Source of the DNA: Candidatus Moranbacteria bacterium GW2011_GWE2_35_2-
Lineage (GTDB): Bacteria; Patescibacteriota; Minisyncoccia; Moranbacterales; UBA9337
Direction: 5' to 3'
NCBI GenBank assembly: GCA_000990585.1
Contig: LBQD01000002.1
Location: forward strand, 120,016 to 184,015
Length of the DNA: 64,000 nucleotides
Of the stretch, positions 59,916 through 64,000 are shown piece after piece. The translations under genes were made by a program, and so were the position numbers. Within the stretch, counting starts at the first letter, position 1. The number at the start of each line of letters is the position of its first letter. The notes under the pieces were generated by a model. It was not told where the DNA came from and did not search any database. It worked only from the letters and a program-made list of their open reading frames with translations.

Positions 59916-60260
59916 GTGAAAAAAGAAATTTCAAAAACAAATAAAGTAGCAGTTATTGCGGTGATTACTTTTGCATTGTTAATGTTTCTGATTTTGTTTT
60001 TTTCGTTATTTATAAAAAACAGAAGTCAACAAAAAGATAATAGTATTCAGTTTCCTGTCCAAAATGAGCAAGGAGAATTGAATGAAGAAAAGAAAATTGA
60101 AGAAGCGATTAACTTTATGGAGCAATCGGAAAGAGATTTAACTGAACAAGAGAACGTGATGATAGAAGAAGCGATGGATTCTATTGAGCAATCGGATTCG
60201 AATAGAAAATTAACCGAGCAAGAGAAAGCATTATTGGAAGAAGCTATGCAAATAAATTGA
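59916..60260 (+). CDS. Membrane-anchored acidic protein
   Basis: N-terminal TM, three L(T/N)EQE...EEA repeats. Confidence 0.6.
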   Translation: MKKEISKTNKVAVIAVITFALLMFLILFFSLFIKNRSQQKDNSIQFPVQNEQGELNEEKKIEEAINFMEQSERDLTEQENVMIEEAMDSIEQSDSNRKLTEQEKALLEEAMQIN

Positions 60261-60283
60261 TTTAAAATATTTTTTAAAATAAA

Positions 60284-60907
60284 ATGAATAAAAAAATGGA
60301 AAACACAAAAATGTCAATCAGGAGTGGAAGAAAAATAATTCAAAATATTAAATGGTTTATCTTTTCTTTGACTCTGGGTCTTTTTCTTGGAGGAGGGTTG
60401 ATTGCTGTAAATGCATGGACAAATCCGACTGTTGCTCCTCCGGGAGGAAATATTGCTGCTCCGGTTAATGTGAGCGGGATAACTCAATTAAAAAGCGGAA
60501 GGTTGAATATGGATGGTTCGGTTCTTTTGAGTCCCACCACTGCTTTGCTTGTTCCTGTCGGTAATGTGGGGATCGGGGATAATTCTCCGGATGTTGGTAC
60601 CGGAGGACAGTTAAGATTGGATGTTAATGGAAATATTGGCGCAACAAAATATTGCGATGCGGCAGGAAATAATTGTAAGGCGATAACGGAGATGAAAGGA
60701 GTAACTGGCGCTTATTTTAGAACCTGTAACGGAAATTGTACTGTTTCTTGTAATGCGGGAGACTTGCGTACGGGATGTACTATGCGACCGACAGGAAATG
60801 CTCATAACAATAGTCTTGATTATTCGATTCCGAGTGGAACGAATAGCTGTACATGCACCTTATATGGATCATCCGGAACTTGTTATGCCAATTGTCTTGA
60901 TATATAG
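60284..60907 (+). CDS. Secreted CPR surface protein with Cys-rich C-terminus
   Basis: AWTNPT.APPGGN.AAPVN, GNVGIG...P, multiple Cys. Confidence 0.7.
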   Translation: MNKKMENTKMSIRSGRKIIQNIKWFIFSLTLGLFLGGGLIAVNAWTNPTVAPPGGNIAAPVNVSGITQLKSGRLNMDGSVLLSPTTALLVPVGNVGIGDNSPDVGTGGQLRLDVNGNIGATKYCDAAGNNCKAITEMKGVTGAYFRTCNGNCTVSCNAGDLRTGCTMRPTGNAHNNSLDYSIPSGTNSCTCTLYGSSGTCYANCLDI

Positions 60908-60994
60908 ATAAAATACAAATTTTATTTTTTTTTAAAGCAGAGCTTTTATGGAGGTCTGCTTTATTTTTTTTTGTTTATGCGGTAGGATAAAAAT

Positions 60995-62587
60995 ATGAAG
61001 AAGGAAATAGTAAAAATTATCCATAAAACAGTAAAAGATTTGTTTGCAATAGAACAAGTCGATTTTGTTGCGGATTATCCGAAAGATGAGAAATTCGGGG
61101 ATTTTTCGACGAATGTCGCAATGGTTTTGGCGCCAATATTAAAAAAGAGCCCGATGGAAATAGCGGAAAGAATCAAGAATCAAGAATCAAGAATCAAGGA
61201 TATTGAGAAGGTTGAAATTATAAGTCCGGGATATATTAATTTTTATTTATCCAAAAAATATTTTCAAAATAAAGTAAAAGAAATAAATGAAAAGAAAGAA
61301 AGCTATGGAAATAGCAATGTCGGAGAAAATAAAAAATTCTTGATTGAATTCGTGAGTGCCAATCCGACCGGACCGATTCATCTGGGAAATGCCAGAGGAG
61401 GACCGTTGGGCGATGCGTTGGCGAATGTTTTGAAAAAAAGCAATCATCAAGTTGAAAAAGAATATTATGTGAATGATTTTGGCAATCAGGTTTTGATGTT
61501 GGGACATTCCATTTTGAAAGACGAGCAAGCTCAATACCGGGGGGATTATGTAGATGATTTGGCTTTGCAAAAAAACAAAGAAATGAACGATCCGATGGAA
61601 GTCGGAAATTGGGGAGCGAATGTGATTTTGGAAAAATTCATCAAACCGACTTGTGAAAGTTTGGGAGTGGATTTTGACGGTTGGTTTTCGGAAAAAAGTT
61701 TGCATACAAGCGGAAAAGTCGATGAAATTGTTCAAATGCTTCGTGAAAAAAATTTGATATATGAAAAAGACGGGGCGGTTTGGTTCAAATCGACCGAATT
61801 TGGCGATGACAAGGACAGAGTTTTGATTAAATCGAACGGTTTCAAAACTTATTCGGCAACTGATTTTGCGTACCATAAAAATAAAATCGAAAGAGGTTTT
61901 GATAAACTGATAAATATCCAAGGAGCGGACCATCACAAACAAGCGGAGGTAGTGAAATCCTTTGTGGAAAATTTTTTGCACGAAGGAAAAAAATTGGATT
62001 TGATTATGACGCAGATTGTGCGCGTAATTAAAGATGGAAAGGAAATAAAAATGTCAAAGAGAAAGGGAATATATTTTGCGCTTGATGATCTTTTGGAGGA
62101 GGTTGGAAAAGACGCGGTGAGATTTATTTTTTCTTCCTATGCTCCAACGAGCCATATTAATTTTGATTTGAATTTGGCATTGGAACGCAGTGAAAAAAAT
62201 CCGGTATTTTATGTTCAATACGCGCACGCGCGAATTTGTTCCATTTTGAAGAAAGCAGAAGATGATGAAGCGGGTGAGCGTAATAAAAATAAAGAAAATG
62301 CAGAGTTGTCCTTGCTTGTACATGAAAAAGAGATGAGCTTAATGCGGGAGCTGGAGAAGTTTCCGGGATTGATTGAAGAAATATCCCGAACATACGAGGT
62401 GCATAAATTGCCGCATTATGCCGTCGGCTTGGCTGATAAATTTCACTCTTTTTATGCGGCTTGTAAGGTTAACGATTCGGAGAATCCCAAGCTTTCACTA
62501 GCTAGACAAGAGTTGGTAAAAGCTGTTAGAATAGTATTAGAAGAAACCTTAAGATTGATTGGGGTGAGTGCGCCAAATAAGATGTAA
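60995..62587 (+). CDS. argS: Arginine--tRNA ligase
   Basis: EFVSANPTGPIHLGNAR, MSKRKG, YVQYAHAR. Confidence 0.97.
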   Translation: MKKEIVKIIHKTVKDLFAIEQVDFVADYPKDEKFGDFSTNVAMVLAPILKKSPMEIAERIKNQESRIKDIEKVEIISPGYINFYLSKKYFQNKVKEINEKKESYGNSNVGENKKFLIEFVSANPTGPIHLGNARGGPLGDALANVLKKSNHQVEKEYYVNDFGNQVLMLGHSILKDEQAQYRGDYVDDLALQKNKEMNDPMEVGNWGANVILEKFIKPTCESLGVDFDGWFSEKSLHTSGKVDEIVQMLREKNLIYEKDGAVWFKSTEFGDDKDRVLIKSNGFKTYSATDFAYHKNKIERGFDKLINIQGADHHKQAEVVKSFVENFLHEGKKLDLIMTQIVRVIKDGKEIKMSKRKGIYFALDDLLEEVGKDAVRFIFSSYAPTSHINFDLNLALERSEKNPVFYVQYAHARICSILKKAEDDEAGERNKNKENAELSLLVHEKEMSLMRELEKFPGLIEEISRTYEVHKLPHYAVGLADKFHSFYAACKVNDSENPKLSLARQELVKAVRIVLEETLRLIGVSAPNKM

Positions 62588-62633
62588 AATAAGACCTATA
62601 GGTCGCATATGACATATATGTCTGATGATTTTT

Positions 62634-63809
62634 ATGAGAATAGGAATTGACGCCAGAACAATATTGAATCCGGAAAAGGGTGACGCTATTGGTGTCGGAC
62701 ACTATACTTTTCAATTGATTCGCCATCTTTTGGAAATTGATCATGAAAACGAATATGTTTTGTTTTTTGATTTTCGCGTGCGGGAAAAAGATGTGAAGAA
62801 ATTCACTCGACCAAATGTGAAAATAAAATTTTATCCTTTTTCCGATTATAAAAAATATTTACCGGGCGCATATAGTGAGATTTTAGGAACTGCCACTTTG
62901 CAGCGAGAAAAATTGGATATATTGCATTCCACTTCTCCTTCTAGTCGAATTCCATTGGGGTACAAAGGAAAAACTGTTGTAACCTTCAATGATCTCGGCG
63001 CATATAAAATTCCCGGCTCTTTTTCGGCAGTTACCCGCAGTCGAAATAAGGCATTGGATCGACTAATGGAAAGTAAAGCAGACAAGATTATCGCAGTTTC
63101 AGAGTCGATGAAAAAAGATTTGCAGTCCGTATTCAAAACCAAAGAAGAAAAAATAGAAGTTATTTATAGTGGATTGGACAAGCGATTTTTTGAAATTTCC
63201 GATATGGGCGCAAAAAAGATTTTAGATCGTTATGGAATTAGAAAAAAATATATATTATTTCTGGGAACTTTGGAGCCGAGTAAAAATATTACTCGTCTCT
63301 TGCAAGCATTTGCCAAATTCAAAGAAAAGAGTTTGCTAAAAAATAAACAGACTGACGAAAAAAAATTCAAATATCAATTGGTGCTGGCAGGAAAGAGGGG
63401 TTGGCTTTCCAAGGAATATTTGCAAATCGCTAAGGATTTGGGGATTGCCAAAGATATTGTATATACGGGTTATGTTATTGGCGACGAATTGGTGCCTCTG
63501 TTTTCCGGTGCGGAATTTTTCGTTATGCCTTCACTCTATGAAGGATTCGGGATGACAGTTTTGGAAGCTTTTGCCACTAAAACTCCGGCAATTGTTTCTA
63601 ATGTTTCTTCGCTTCCGGAAATTGCCGGTGATGCGGCACTTTTAGTGAATCCTTTGGATGTTAATGAAATTTCCGAGGCTATTTGGGAATTTTCACAAAA
63701 TGAGCAGTTGCGGGAAAAATATCGCCAAAGAGGATTGGAACAAGCTAAGAAATTCAATTGGGAGAAATGCGCGCGCGCGACGTTGGAAGTATATAAATCA
63801 TTGATGTAG
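62634..63809 (+). CDS. Glycosyltransferase family 4
   Basis: MRIGID, LGTLEP.KN, PSLYEGFGMTVLEAF. Confidence 0.92.
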   Translation: MRIGIDARTILNPEKGDAIGVGHYTFQLIRHLLEIDHENEYVLFFDFRVREKDVKKFTRPNVKIKFYPFSDYKKYLPGAYSEILGTATLQREKLDILHSTSPSSRIPLGYKGKTVVTFNDLGAYKIPGSFSAVTRSRNKALDRLMESKADKIIAVSESMKKDLQSVFKTKEEKIEVIYSGLDKRFFEISDMGAKKILDRYGIRKKYILFLGTLEPSKNITRLLQAFAKFKEKSLLKNKQTDEKKFKYQLVLAGKRGWLSKEYLQIAKDLGIAKDIVYTGYVIGDELVPLFSGAEFFVMPSLYEGFGMTVLEAFATKTPAIVSNVSSLPEIAGDAALLVNPLDVNEISEAIWEFSQNEQLREKYRQRGLEQAKKFNWEKCARATLEVYKSLM

Positions 63810-63817
63810 ATTTGTTT

Positions 63818-64000
63818 ATGTTCAAGAAAGTTGATGTTCGAAAAAAGCTTCCTGAATTAGAAAAGGAAGTTCTTGATTTTTGGAAGAAGAATAAAATATT
63901 TGAAAAATCTTTGAAAAAAAACAAAGATAAGCCTGCATATACTTTTTATGACGGGCCGCCTTTTGCTACCGGAACTCCGCACTATGGCCATATCGTGGGA
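63818..64000 (+). CDS. ileS: Isoleucine--tRNA ligase, type 2 (5' part, runs off window)
   Basis: PELEKEVLDFW...FYDGPPFATGTPHYGHI. Confidence 0.9.
   Translation, partial: MFKKVDVRKKLPELEKEVLDFWKKNKIFEKSLKKNKDKPAYTFYDGPPFATGTPHYGHIVG

Overview
AT-rich chromosomal segment of a Patescibacteria/CPR bacterium (Parcubacteria, Moranbacteria-like; inferred from gene content and protein style; genetic code 11). The backbone is housekeeping: murI, comF, clpC, a complete type IV pilus cluster, ligA, gatCA, pnp, yraN, dksA-like, lspA, comM, rsmA, thiI, pth, rplT-rpmI-infC, tmRNA-smpB, argS, the start of ileS, and six tRNAs. The main anomaly is a ~9 kb minus-strand gene-cassette array between lspA and comM (~30980-39920). 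Its cargo is RM genes, a HEPN-like protein, a stand-alone AlaRS-like domain and membrane proteins. The cassettes are separated by atypical attC-like hairpins that each carry a TATAAT box. Each intact cassette is also enclosed by its own long inverted repeats, one complete gene sits inside a hairpin arm, and no integrase is present in the window. Two further signals are a ~590-nt promoter- and terminator-bounded structured non-coding region upstream of yraN, and ~30-nt double-hairpin micro-insertions in duplicated tRNA halves and in-frame in rsmA. Product calls come from motif recognition only; no database searches were run.
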